A stretch of DNA of 64,000 nucleotides from Eimeria praecox (lineage: Eukaryota): assembly GCA_963920595.1 (NCBI GenBank), contig OY986948.1, positions 186,001 through 250,000 of the forward strand. Reading direction: 5' to 3'. Under the pieces are notes generated by a model. It did no database searches, was not told the DNA's origin, and saw nothing but the letters and a program-made list of their open reading frames with translations. Made by a program: the position numbers and the translations under genes. Below are positions 15,169-42,397 of the stretch, piece by piece; positions within the stretch are counted from its first letter, which is position 1, and each line of letters begins with the position of its first letter.

Positions 15169-15201
15169 AGGAGAGAAAGTATGTGTATACATAACACTTG
15201 T

Positions 15202-17268
<2,067 letters not shown>

Positions 17269-17795
17269 TTTCTTGTTATTTTAAAGAAATTACTGTTTGA
17301 TATATATATAAATATATATATATTTATATATAGAGTGCGGTAGAAGTACGTAGAGAGAGAGAGAAGGTAATAGGGTCTGTTCTTGTTTCTGTTTTTTCGT
17401 TTTTTTTCGTTTTAAATATAATCATATAGAATATATTATAATAAATTGAAATCTCTAAGTCAAGCGTCCAACGAGGAGGAGCACTTAACCATGAAATTTC
17501 ATAAAAAAAACCTGTTGACGGGAATCAGCCGGCCAGGCACTGGGGCGCCACCACCGCAACACCCTGTGCGGCGAGGTAGTAGCATCAGTATATTAGAAGT
17601 AGTAGTAGCTAGTATCTATAATAATATTATTAATTATTATAATTATTATATATATTATATTAGTGGTTTAAAAATATCTATTTTAAAATTATTTATTAGT
17701 TAGTTGTTCATCCTTTTCATTTATTTATACACACATATCCTTATTTATACATCGCACGCCTCAAAGCCGGGAGAGGCCGACTCATCCGCAGACAG

Positions 17796-17825
17796 CTGCC
17801 TATACACCTCAGGGTGTATAGGCAG
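17796..17825. promoter_or_regulatory. Perfect 13-bp inverted repeat (CTGCCTATACACC-TCAG-GGTGTATAGGCAG) ~530 bp upstream of the alpha-tubulin ATG
   Basis: The stem is directly visible; a regulatory role is inferred from position only. Confidence 0.35.
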
Positions 17826-17959
17826 GTATAAATAGAAAATTAAACGTAATAAATATTTTTATTTAGAATCATTTGAATTGTCTATTCAATTTAAGAATGA
17901 TGTTTTATAGACAATAACTATACACAGACGACACCTACACCCGCCGTCGACGGGTCTGT

Positions 17960-18030
<71 letters not shown>

Positions 18031-18299
18031 CTGCCAGTATCCTTACAAACTATTTTATATTACGAATTAAATTATAATAATTATTATTATTTTAATTTGC
18101 ATGCATTAAACATTCACTACTTGATGTCTAGAAAACAAAAAGTATCTTTTATTCTTGTCTACTTGTAGTTTTATTGTATTTCGTCCTTCGCTGTTTAGTA
18201 AATAGATAGAAATATTTACATAATATGTAGTTGAAAACACGCTATATTACAAATCTAAATATGTAGTATACCCTCTGTGTATATAGACAGACTAGACAG

Positions 18300-18397
<98 letters not shown>

Positions 18398-18715
18398 GAG
18401 AGAGAGAGACTGCGGGCACCTCAGCAGAAGTACTTGGAGTGGAAGTGATAGGAGTGATTGTAGACAAAAAATAATAAATAATAATAAATAAATATAAAAT
18501 AATAAGTAAAAGATAGAAAGTAAAAAATTATATTAAACAAACAAAGTAAGAAAACAAATAAATGATTGAAAGAGAGAGTCTGTATAAATATCTAAAAAAG
18601 AAATAAAAGAATAAAATACATGAAGTAGTTTGTTTGTTTTTGTTTTTTGTTTGTTGTTTGACTGTCTTTAAACTCTTTAGATTTGTTCTGCTTTGTTTGT
18701 TTGTCTCTTATATCT

Positions 18716-18765
<50 letters not shown>

Positions 18766-18907
18766 ACGAGAAGAAAGAACGAAGGGAGAGATAAAGACAA
18801 TTACTATAACAGGGGAGACAGCCACGCTATTCAATATTTATATTTATTTATTTATTTATTTATTTATATTGATATACATATATAAATATATTAATATACC
18901 GATATAA

Positions 18908-18971
<64 letters not shown>

Positions 18972-19091
18972 AGTATCTCCTCTCCTTGCTCTTAAGTTTC
19001 TTCATTTACTTTTTTATTTTTTCATTTTTATTATTACTAATTTTATTTTTCTATTTTTATTTTTGTTAAACTAAATAATCTAATTATTTGT

Positions 19092-30230
<11,139 letters not shown>

Positions 30231-30236
30231 CTTCAA

Positions 30237-30446
30237 GGGTTTAGGGTCTTCTAGGGTTTAGGGTTTAGTAGGGTTTTGTAGGGTTTTGTAGGGTTTAGGG
30301 TTTTGTAGGGTTTAGGGTTTTGTAGGGTTTTGTAGGGTTTAGTAGGGTTTTGTAGGGTTTAATAGGGTTTAGTAGGGTTTAGTAGGGTTTAGTAGGGTTT
30401 AGGGTTTAGTAGGGTTTAGTAGGGTTTAGTAGGGTTTAGGGTTTAG
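30237..30446. repeat. Telomere-derived 10-mer array (AGGGTTTAGT/AGGGTTTTGT) starting 6 nt upstream of the NSUN2 ATG
   Basis: Directly visible. Confidence 0.9.
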
Positions 30447-30566
30447 AATGAATATAGCAACAATATAAAAACATCGACAAATTCTGCGATAAATTTCAAT
30501 AAATTAATTAAAATTGAAAATTAATAAAAAAAATAAATTTAACAAAAGAAGAAAACAAACAAACTT

Positions 30567-31137
30567 TGCATGCATGCATGCATGCAAGTAGTCGCTCAGG
30601 ATAATTAGATATTTTTTTTTATTTTTTATTATTTTAAATAAAATTTCTTTATTTTTCTCTTTAAATAAATTAAATAATTAAAATAAATTATTTATTTTGT
30701 TATTTTTTTCTAATTCTCGCCACAATGAGAGGCTGACTGGCTGTGGGGCCGTAGCAGCAGCAGCTCGCATGCAGCGAGCAAACGAGAAGTAAGATATATT
30801 TATATATATATTTATATATATGCATGCATGCATATTTAAAAAAGTTTTAATTGTTAATTGTTTTAAAAACAATTAATTTCGTGTTTTGTTCTTGATTTAC
30901 CTCATCATCAACCTTCTGACGCGTCGCATCCAAACCCTAAACCCTAAACCCTAAACCCTAAACCCTAAACCCTAAACCCTAAACCCTAATCGCTCTGTGT
31001 GTGTGTGTGTCTGTCTGTATATTTTGTTTTTCTTTTTTTTAAATACGTTGATTGAATACAGAGAATAATATTTTTTTTGTATTATATTAATTTGCATATA
31101 TTATATATATAACATTGCATGCATGCATGCATGCATG
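30567..31137. promoter_or_regulatory. Divergent promoter region NSUN2/Tom22 with (TGCA)n arrays at 30567-30586, 30821-30832 and 31116-31137, and (AAACCCT)8 at 30932-30989
   Basis: Motifs directly visible between two divergent start codons. TGCATGCA is an established over-represented apicomplexan motif bound by ApiAP2 domains; function here is inferred. Confidence 0.5.
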
Positions 31138-31203
31138 TATGATAGTTTGTCGTGCATACAAAAATTTATTGTGTAAGAAATAAAAAAATAAAATAATTTA
31201 ATT

Positions 31204-31242
31204 TGGTGGTGGGAATCGAACCCTGGACCTTCAGGTTAAAAA
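31204..31242 (-). pseudogene. tRNA 3'-half fragment (Lys-UUU-like) containing an intact B box
   Basis: Reverse strand reads TTTTTAACCTGAAGGTCCAGGGTTCGATTCCCACCACCA: anticodon loop-like, variable loop, GGTTCGATTCC. No 5' half adjacent and the T-stem is only partly paired. Confidence 0.5.
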
Positions 31243-31343
31243 CTATTTCTTAAAAAAAAAAATAAAAAAAAAAATAAAATAAAAATAAAATAAAATAAAA
31301 TAAAATAAAATAAAATAAAATAAATAAAATAAAATAAAAGACA

Positions 31344-31613
31344 ATGGGTTCAGTTCTATCAAGAGAGTGTATAGACACCCGAGCATCTCGAGCTTATCGT
31401 CGTCTTCAATATATTTTCTCAAGTGGTTATTGGTTAGCATCAAATATTATATGGATAGCTGCGACTTCAGCTATTTGTTTAGTATCTCCTGTTGTTTTTT
31501 ATTATGAGAGAGAATGTCAAATGTTTGAGATGCAGCAACAATTCATGGAAGCGCAGCAGCAAGCTGCTGCTGCAGCGCAACAGATGCAGCAAATGACGCC
31601 TGCTGTACAGTAG
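31344..31613 (+). CDS. TOM22: Mitochondrial import receptor Tom22 (short form without acidic N-terminal domain), 89 aa
   Basis: Single TM segment WIAATSAICLVSPVVFYYERE fits the Tom22 W-x3-(T/S)...P...E pattern and is followed by a Q-rich tail. Recognised by eye. Confidence 0.8.
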   Translation: MGSVLSRECIDTRASRAYRRLQYIFSSGYWLASNIIWIAATSAICLVSPVVFYYERECQMFEMQQQFMEAQQQAAAAAQQMQQMTPAVQ

Positions 31614-31866
31614 AGACACCAGATACTGCAGCAGCAGCAGCAGCAGCAGCAGATACTGCAGCAGCAGCAGCAGATACTGCAGCAGCAGAAACTGCAGCAG
31701 CAGCAGAAACAGCAGCAGCAGCAGCAGAAACAGCAGCAGCAGCAGCACAGCAGAAACTGCAGCAGCAGCAACAGCAGCAGCAGCGACAGCAGCATGGATT
31801 TGGTTGAGCTCGTTCTTCTTCAGGTTATAAAACTGAGGAATCCACGATATTGTCTGCTTGGACAGT

Positions 31867-31897
<31 letters not shown>

Positions 31898-32002
31898 ACA
31901 GCAACAGCAGCAGCAACAGCAGCAGGAACATGAACAGTAACAGTAACAGCAGCAACAGCAGCAACAGCAACAGCAGCAAAATCAACAGCAACAGCAGCAA
32001 AA

Positions 32003-32041
<39 letters not shown>

Positions 32042-32229
32042 GCAGCAGCAACAGCAGCAACAGCAGCAACAGCAGCAGCAGCAGCAAGGAGAATCCTTTG
32101 CTGCCCTGTCTGTTGCTGCTGCTCCTCAGCAGCAAAACCTGATGGAGCATGCATGCATGCATAGGAGTGTTGTAATACAAGCATATGCTTACGTAGGAAC
32201 TACGGCAAATAGCAGCAGCAGCAGCAGCA

Positions 32230-32263
<34 letters not shown>

Positions 32264-32697
32264 GTGTTTGTGCCTGCATGCATTGTTTGTTGCTGCATGC
32301 ATTATTTATGTTTGCTGTTTGTTTGTGTTGTTTCTTTTTCGATGTTTATAAACAAACAAACCAAACCAAAATTATTATGTAAATACTTTCTCTATTTAAT
32401 TTATTATTAAATAATAATTCTATTACTTAATTATATTTATTATTAGATAAATATATTAATTAATTAAATTTATTATTGTATAAATATATTTATTAAATTT
32501 ATTATTAGATAATAATTCTATCACTTAATTAAATTTTTTATTAGATAGTTGTATTACTAATTAAATTTATTATTAGATAAATATATTAATTAAATTTATT
32601 ATTAGATAAATATATTATTTAATTAAATTTATTATTAGATTAGTATATTAATTAGTTAAATTTATTATTAGATAAATATAGTACTAGCAATTGTATT

Positions 32698-32734
<37 letters not shown>

Positions 32735-32809
32735 CAAATTAAAGATATTACTAGATAAATGTATTACTGACTAAAGATATTATTAGACAAATAGGCAGAC
32801 AAAGCCATA

Positions 32810-32880
<71 letters not shown>

Positions 32881-32958
32881 TTTACGGTGTATCTGCAGCT
32901 CCTGTTGGCAGGCAGTCTCTCGATCTGTCTTCCTACATTTTAATTTTGTCTTGATGAT

Positions 32959-33427
32959 GTGTTTATCGTCTTGTGGGCGCAGCAGCAGCAGCAGCAGCTG
33001 CTGCTGCTGCTGTTGCTGCTGCTGCGGCAGCAACCTGAAGCAGCAAAATCTGTATGCAGCAGCAAGAGATCTCAGCTAGACAGACTCACGCAGGTGCTGC
33101 TGCAGCAGAAACACCAGCACGATGCTGCTGCTGCTGCTGCTACTGCTGCTTCTCCTACTACTCCATCTCCAGCAGCAGCAGCAGCAGCAGCTTTGAAGGA
33201 TATTTTAAAAACACAAATGCTGCTGCTGCTGCTGCTGCAGCAGCAGCATGCAGCAGCTGCTGCTGCTGCAGCCCGCTTTCATGCGGACTCGCAGTCTGCC
33301 ACCTCCTTCTCGACCTGCCAGCTGTTGCTGCTGCAGCAACAGCAGCAGCAGCTGCTGCTGCTGTTGCTGCTGCAGCAGCGCAAAGGAATACCCAAGCAGC
33401 GACAGCATTAACAAACGCAGAAGCAAG

Positions 33428-33507
<80 letters not shown>

Positions 33508-33563
33508 TAGCAGCAGCAGCAGCAGCAGCAATAGCAACACAGCAACAGGATTATACGATCTGA
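32959..33563 (+). other. CAG-rich segment with unique spacers; possible low-complexity coding exon
   Basis: Overlapping open frames with unique-sequence stretches, but no recognisable domain and no defensible start or splice model. Confidence 0.2.
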
Positions 33564-33685
33564 GAGTCTTTTATCTTTTCTCCTTCTTAAGAAGAAGGAG
33601 AAAAAATAAAATAAAAGAAATTTGTAGTCAAAATCAAATTAGATATACAAAGTCGTGCTGCTGCTGCTCTTCCTGCTGCTGCTCT

Positions 33686-33718
<33 letters not shown>

Positions 33719-34317
33719 ATGTAGTATTGATATTGCTGCAGCATCTCTTATCTTTGGCTTTAATTTTATTTAAATATATTTAAACAAACTAAAAAAAAAC
33801 AACAAGAGAAAACGCGAGAAAGAAAGAAACATTAAATTACAAATGTTGTATCTTCCGCTGCATGCAAAGTTATCTTGATATACTTGTTTGTTTATTTAAA
33901 AACAAATAAAAAAAAACAATTAAACAAATATAAATACATCTAAACAAATGCATGCAGAAAAAGCCCCAATAATGCATGCGTTTGCATGCAAATGCATGCA
34001 TGCATGCATGCAATAATTTTTTTTTTATTATTATTTTCCGTAAAAACAAAAACAAAAAAAAATTGAGAAGATATAATAAAAAACACAAAAACAAAAACAG
34101 CAGAATCTCATATACATACACCAGATAGTATTATATTTCTTGCACGTAAAAATATTGAATATATAAATATTATTTATATATTTAAATAATTGTATGTTCA
34201 TAAGTATAAATAAAACATTTGGAGAATATGTAGATACACCGTAGATATTATATAGCTATATATCTATATCTTTATCTATATCTATATCTATACCTATCTC
34301 TCCTCTCTCTCTCTCTT

Positions 34318-34385
<68 letters not shown>

Positions 34386-34388
34386 TGT

Positions 34389-34440
<52 letters not shown>

Positions 34441-34508
34441 CGTTTCAGTGCATAAGCCGAAATATTTTATTATAGAATTTTCGGCGATGGCTGCTGCATG
34501 CTTATATA

Positions 34509-34589
<81 letters not shown>

Positions 34590-35366
34590 TATGTATAATT
34601 AATACAGCCTTTCGTATTTCCACCTGTTATTTCTATTTCTTTGTTTTTCCTGCTTTGTTTGTTGTTTGAAACGAGTTGAATGATTCAGCGAGAGAAATAT
34701 GAACCGTCATTAATATAATTATCGATATTTTAATTTTAATTACTTTATAATTATTATTTATATTTTGTATATATGATATTATTATTATTTATATTTTGTA
34801 TATATGATAAACTCAACAACAAAGTTAGATGTTGTTTATTCGAGTAAAAGAAGCAAGTTAAGATAAATTTTTAAATTGTGTCTCTCTCCTTGTTGTGTTT
34901 AGAATGTATTAATTATTACTATGAATATCTAAATAATTTAATTTAAATGTTGAATATAAATGTTTCTATCGACTACAAAACTTGTTTTTGTTTATTCTTT
35001 TATAAACTATATACTCTCAGATCACAGCACTCATAGATTTATACTAGAGAAAACAACCCTAGCTGTTGTTTCTCTCATTTTTCTTATTATAAAACAATCA
35101 ACAAATATAATTATGAGAGAGGATAGAGAGGATTCTAAACAAATAAAATAGAATGATAAGAGTCTTTACAGGTTTAAATAAACTTAAACTTCCCCCACCG
35201 TTATTATTATTTTCTAATAAAGTTGTTTGGTATTAGTATTCTCTAATAAAGTTGTTTCTGATTGTATGTTCTGAATAACTCAAAGATGTGTGCATATAAC
35301 GTTTTCAAAATAGTAGAGATACACACCCGAGAAAATCAGCATAAACAAAACAAATGAAGGTTTATA

Positions 35367-35433
<67 letters not shown>

Positions 35434-35789
35434 CAAATTTAAGGGGATATTCAACGTCGTCAGCAAGAACGAATATCAGCAGAACAGCGAGAAAATGAGA
35501 TTACAACAAATGTTTTTTCGTGTATCTTGACTTCATTCAAATTGTTTTAATAAACTCCATTTAAAAAAAATAAATTAAACTGTTCTTCTTCAGACAATAA
35601 ACACATAAAATTGTTTCTTATGGGCAGTCATCAATTTCTTTGCAGATATTTAATATGAGAGAATAAATAAATAAATTGCTGAGTTTGGACAGTAGAGCCT
35701 CTCAGCAATATCGGAGAAACATTGTTATTGTTATTAGAATATAAAAAAAATAATTTGTTTTTGGTGATTGTGTGAGAATAGAAATACAC

Positions 35790-36330
<541 letters not shown>

Positions 36331-36376
36331 CTGGATGTATAATATAATTATGAAGAGAAATGAATGTGAATATATC

Positions 36377-36453
<77 letters not shown>

Positions 36454-36504
36454 ATGAATGTGAATATATGATATTATATATATTCTTATTGGTGTTTATA
36501 CACC

Positions 36505-37040
36505 TCAACAACCTAAACAGCTTGAAAATGTTTTAGTATTTTGCTCTCTTTGTATTGCTTTCCATGCTTTCTCGTTCTCTTCAACAGCAGGAACACCATA
36601 AGGATATCCTACCATCCAATTTGCACATACATACATCCGTGAGGGATCTTGAGGGCTCATCGTAGCATTCTGAAAAAATATAATAAACAACAGATCAGAA
36701 TTAATAGAATACTTAAATACCAGGTCAGAAACAAAGAGGAACAGATGCACACATCCACAGATACAGAGAGATAGACAGATAGAGAGATATAGATAGATAT
36801 AGATAGATATAGATAGAGATAGATAGAGATAGATAGAGATGCATATAGATAGATATAGATATAGATAGATATAGATAGATATAGATAGATATAGATAGAT
36901 ATAGATAGATATAGATAGATATAGATAGATATAGATAGATATAGATAGATATAGATAGATATAGATAGATATAGATAGATATAGATAGATATAGATAGAT
37001 ATAGATAGATATAGATAGATATAGATAGATATAGATAGAT

Positions 37041-37075
<35 letters not shown>

Positions 37076-37748
37076 CATACATACATACATACATACATAC
37101 ATACATACATACATACATACATACACACATAAATACATAGATACATAGATAGATAGATAGATATCAGACAACAGAGCATTTTAACACACCAAAATGATAT
37201 TCAAAGCAATTTAATCCTAACGAATAAACATTAAATACTATGATAATATAATTGCTTACTACATAAGGATGATAATCCATACGATATCCGAGGAGATCCC
37301 GATAATCGTATGTTGGGGTCCCAAGTTTATCTAAAGGGAGTGTGGGATATTGTATATTACATTTAGGGAAAGTATTAAGATTGGGTCCAATTAATTTATT
37401 ATCGTATATTCCAAGATTATGAAATAGATTAATAAATTCAATATTTTTTTTGGAAGTATTATTATGATTATGAAATATATTATTATAATATATACATGCA
37501 TTCTTTGGATATCCTGGTAAACCTGTACCATAATCTTTTGGAGCTTCATTTGTTTTGGGTTGTATTGATGGATCTACAATTTGTTGAACTCCCCATGTTC
37601 GAATCTCTGGCCGACTTTGAAAAAAACCAAAAGGAATACCAATCGCAGAAGATAATTTACTCAAAACACGAGATAATCCACTCTCCTCATCCGCTGTACA
37701 CACACTCATTAACACACATTTTGTAGATATTTTATATAATATATTTGT

Positions 37749-37792
<44 letters not shown>

Positions 37793-38135
37793 ATATAACA
37801 TATTATATTATACGATATGATATTATATATTATATTATATTATATATAATATAATATAAAAACATCTTCTAAAAAAGTATAAATGAACTCAATAACTGGC
37901 TATTATCGTCAAGATAGATGCAGTTGTCAACTACGTAAAGACAATCGCGATTCTCTCACCCCGATACGATGTACACACTACAACAACACAACCCCGAATA
38001 ATATAAATATAATTATCTTTTAAACTTACTTCTTGTGGCTTGTACATGCTCTTCTTCTATACGTTCTTGCGATTCGCGTATATTTTCTCGAGTATTATAT
38101 ACTTGAGAACGAGGAGTATCGCCTTGTGGTTTCAT
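36505..38135 (-). CDS. Hypothetical protein. Exons 38135-38030, (optional 37977-37960), 37693-37260, 36669-36505
   Basis: In-phase GT-AG exons with non-repetitive protein-like sequence (MKPQGDTPRSQ...DYGTGLPGYPKN...YDYRDLLGYRMDYHPYV|NATMSPQDPSRMY...FSSCLGC). Family not recognised. Confidence 0.7.
36780..37160. repeat. (ATAGATAGAT)n, (GATA)n and (CATA)n intronic microsatellites
   Basis: Directly visible. Confidence 0.95.
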
Positions 38136-40080
38136 TGTCGATTGGAGTGTGAATAATATACGAAACTGAGATTCTGTCACCGTTTTCAAACCTATAATCC
38201 TCTTCTGCTGTATGTACTACTCAAAAGTTTTATAGAATAATACCTGAATGATACTTTTTTACTTCTGTTACTGGAAATTACTCTCGTCAAACAACTTCAA
38301 TATCGACAGCAATTTCGCGTTGATTCGATTCTGTAGATGATGATGAATGTTGATAAGGAAAACCTGTATTGAATTACAAACCTGAAATTTTAAACTTAAT
38401 ACCTTGAAAATATAAAAGAAAATATAAACTTATAGTTATGCTACCCCAGGACAGACTCTGTCGGATCAGCCGGCTAGCTGTGGCGGAGCAGGAAGCATGC
38501 ACAGCAACTACCCGTCACATAATCTCAGCTTTCTGAAGCTGCATCATGATTTAATATAAATTATAAGATAATTGATGCTTTTATGGCTTTGACATTACAT
38601 AAACTTGGCCTGAAACTCTGCTTGGATTCGAAGGTTACTACTTACTTAGTGTAGTGCACTTTGCATAGGAAGCTCCAACCCCAGTCAGTAGACAAGAGAT
38701 GAGGTTAAACGCTGCTTCCACCAAAATATCTTTATAATATCGTATTAATTGTTAGAAAACACATTTATATGGTTTTATCGTGCAATTGGCTGCCTGTAAC
38801 GGCTCTCCAGAGCTATTCGAATCCTCGACCCCAATACACAGTACCAGTCACCGTCACTATGTGCGTTGTGAATTCTGCCTGTTGGCTGTATGCATGCTTA
38901 GCACACACTGGTTGTTTCATGAATACATCTATTGCTTTCATTCATTACTCTATCCCCACTAAATATACGCAAGGATTCAGCTAAACTAAGCCCTAAGCAA
39001 CGACGACATCGCTGCGGCGTAGCTGCCAACAGTTGTGAGTTGTAAGGGAGTGAAAACGACGCTTTAGATAGTCCTCTTCAAACCTCCACCGATGTATATG
39101 TAGTATATTTAGGCTTCCTAATTACAAGGAATAGAGTCTCAGGGCTAGCACCCTTCAAGTTGCATGCACTAACACGGTAGCAATCTGTCGCACCAACACC
39201 TGCTTGTTGTCGTCTTATAAACATAAACGCAAATATTCGTACGAACACCTACTTATCAAAAACCCTCCCCTATTCATAGTAGCCTGGGGAGCATCACCGT
39301 TTCTCTCATTTGTATGGAATGTGAGAGCATAGCGACTTCACCGCCAGGAACTTCCTTGCTTCTGGCTCGTTCAGTATTAGTTGGAAGGTAGCAACTTCAC
39401 ACTAAGTTCTTGTGTTTGTGTTAACAGATAAATACAAGAAACATACTCTGCCCATTCTGCATAAAGCGGATGTCACGATGCCCCCTCATGCTAACAAAGG
39501 AAAACCATATCATTGCTACTATCGCACCATTTTCTAGAATATGTTCCTTATCCTTCTGTATGAATATGAAGTTAAGCCATTTAGATGGCAAGTACAACAC
39601 CTAAGCCACTGAGAAGTAAGGAATGTGTGAGACGATTTGTTCAAGTGTTTCCATATACTCAACCGCTGTACGCAAAATTATTGAATGAAGCTAAAAAACA
39701 CTTTGAGTCGAATTTCTCCCTCCACTTTCCTTTCGTCTTTTCCCTCATATCTAATGCCAAATCGAAAGGCTTAAGAAAATAAAATGTTGTATTTCCTCTC
39801 TAGACTACATGCTGGAAAGCTGCGAATCCTCTGCGAATGTTGCGTAACGCGTGCAAGCTAAAGAAGTGTAAGCTTTGCTACGTCAGCCTAATCTCGCTTC
39901 CACTACATTTATATTTATTTACAATGCTAGAAAATGCTCCGTTTATGCATTTTCATGTTCCTAACGGCCCCCAAACAGGGGCGTTCACAGCCCTCAAGTC
40001 ACTGCCGGCATCATGCGCTTCAAGCGCTACTTCGAATATGATCGAGGCTGGAAAGCTGCACGAAAAACACACTACCGAGG

Positions 40081-40144
<64 letters not shown>

Positions 40145-41693
40145 ATGCTATACTCAGTTCACAAGGGAATGCTCTGCATGCAACTTCCTGTTAATGAGAA
40201 CACACCCACGGTTTGAAATACAATTTGTGAGATTGTTAATTGTTATTCTTGCAACTGCCTGAGTGCTCCTCTTGAGTCCTAGCTCGTCCTCCGCAGACAC
40301 ATCGCTCTTCCATAGGAACGCCCTCCAAGCATGTGTCTATATGATTTCCACACCCTTGCCTGCACAGACGAGTCGAACACGTATATAAACAACTAATTCT
40401 GGCTCCCCTATCTTTCTGGTTTTTTCAAATTTGCACAGTAACACGCAGTGAATTGTTCAAGATGCTCTCATGTTCGCTGTTAACACAAAATCGCTACTTG
40501 CTCATAATATTGACGCTAAGTCCGAGGACTTGCACGGGGTGTTACTAGTGGAAATTTAAGCCTTTTTTAGTGTGAATAGGAACATTTAATTGATATTTCA
40601 AATAAGAGTGGCTTATTGATGTTTAATAAGTGTGGACTCTCCAAGTCAACTTTCCGCAGGTATTGCATGTCACTCGGTAACACATCTTGCGTCTACGCCT
40701 TAGAGGGAATTTGGATATTTCAAGGAAAGAGAAAAAGCAGATCTTCAGCAAAATAAATCAAATTTAAAATTGCTGTTTCCAAGCGAAATCAATCTAAACA
40801 CACCGTCATACAATAATTCTATCGAACGTTGGTCCCACCAGCCCCAGGCTTTCTTCACTTTGTGTGTTCTTGCAACATCCTTCCCTCCCTTCTCCTAATT
40901 CTAATGGGATGATAAGAAATTTATAATTGGTTTTTATCAAAGAAAGTTCTCTGCATGGATACAAATGCGTGAGGCCTCCGACTTCGATTAGAGCTACCAT
41001 CGTTCGCTTTACTATGTGCGCCGATCTCAGTCATCACCTCAACTATATTACTTAGAGCAGAAAGACGAGTGCTAAAGCCCTAGGCAGCGAGTCTGTTGTT
41101 CTCTTAAGGGATAAGAGTTTCTGTAAACTGTTTGCAGTATACACTGTGTCAGATGCAGTTGCTATAAAGAATATATGGGAGTGAGCAGTATACAATACTT
41201 GTTAGTACTCCGTAAGCTGCAGTTCACCCAATAAGATTTAGTATGGGGGGGCTGCCGCCTCCTTTCAGAAATGACAGGATCTTCAAGGTATTCAATGAAA
41301 AGTAATATAAGCATGAACCGTATCCTGCGAGTTTTCTCTCCTTGGCTGCCTCTCCACCTGATATAGCACACTCTTCCTCAGTACCAGTGCTGGTATTTTT
41401 GAGGTAAATTAGTTTTTGGAGGTCCTTCTATGATACTAGCTATAATGGCAACTGTTTCTTGTCATACGCTGTTAAAATAGAAACGATAGTAGCTAGTGGT
41501 TTTAAATGATCATAGAGGGGATGCGTGGTGGCACTCAACAGTGCATGACGGGGATAAGAGGAGATGTGCTTTGAGAGAGGGAGTCCTACTGCCACCTTTC
41601 ATCAAAAACCGAGGGAAGTGCTGCATGCTAAGCTTGAATCAGAATTTGAGGTTTATTCGGCTTATCAAGACATACATATGTTTGTACAGTATA

Positions 41694-41767
<74 letters not shown>

Positions 41768-42075
41768 TCCCTTCGCTTCCATCCGATCAATAGCGTATCG
41801 TTTCCATAAGGCAATGTACCTGCAGCATTCAGTTCTAAGCCGTTCAGGCGCCTTAATTAATACTACCTACGCTGTTATCAGTAGAAAGTAGAAAATATAT
41901 ATAAACAAGATGTATGGCAGATAGAAACAGCAGATGCAGTCAGCTGCAAGATAAGCTCATGCTTCGACTACTCCGTTTTGACTATTCCCTCTAACACAAA
42001 GCGTGAACAGCATTGGTATGAGCCCTGTAAATATATATATCTATATATCTATATCTATATCTATCTATCTATCTA

Positions 42076-42116
<41 letters not shown>

Positions 42117-42289
42117 CGTCACCTTTACTTTGCTCTTCAAGAAACAGAATACTACCTAAAGAACTACCATTGCCACTTAAAGTTTGCTATTCCAGTTTCA
42201 ATGTTTCTGCACTACTATGAGGGATATCGTGTTTTGCTACACAGCAGGTATATCAATCTCTATCTTTGCCGTGAAGACGGCACGAAACG

Positions 42290-42353
<64 letters not shown>

Positions 42354-42397
42354 CTTACGAATTGCTGCAATAGAAATCAAAACTATCGTCTCTGTTG

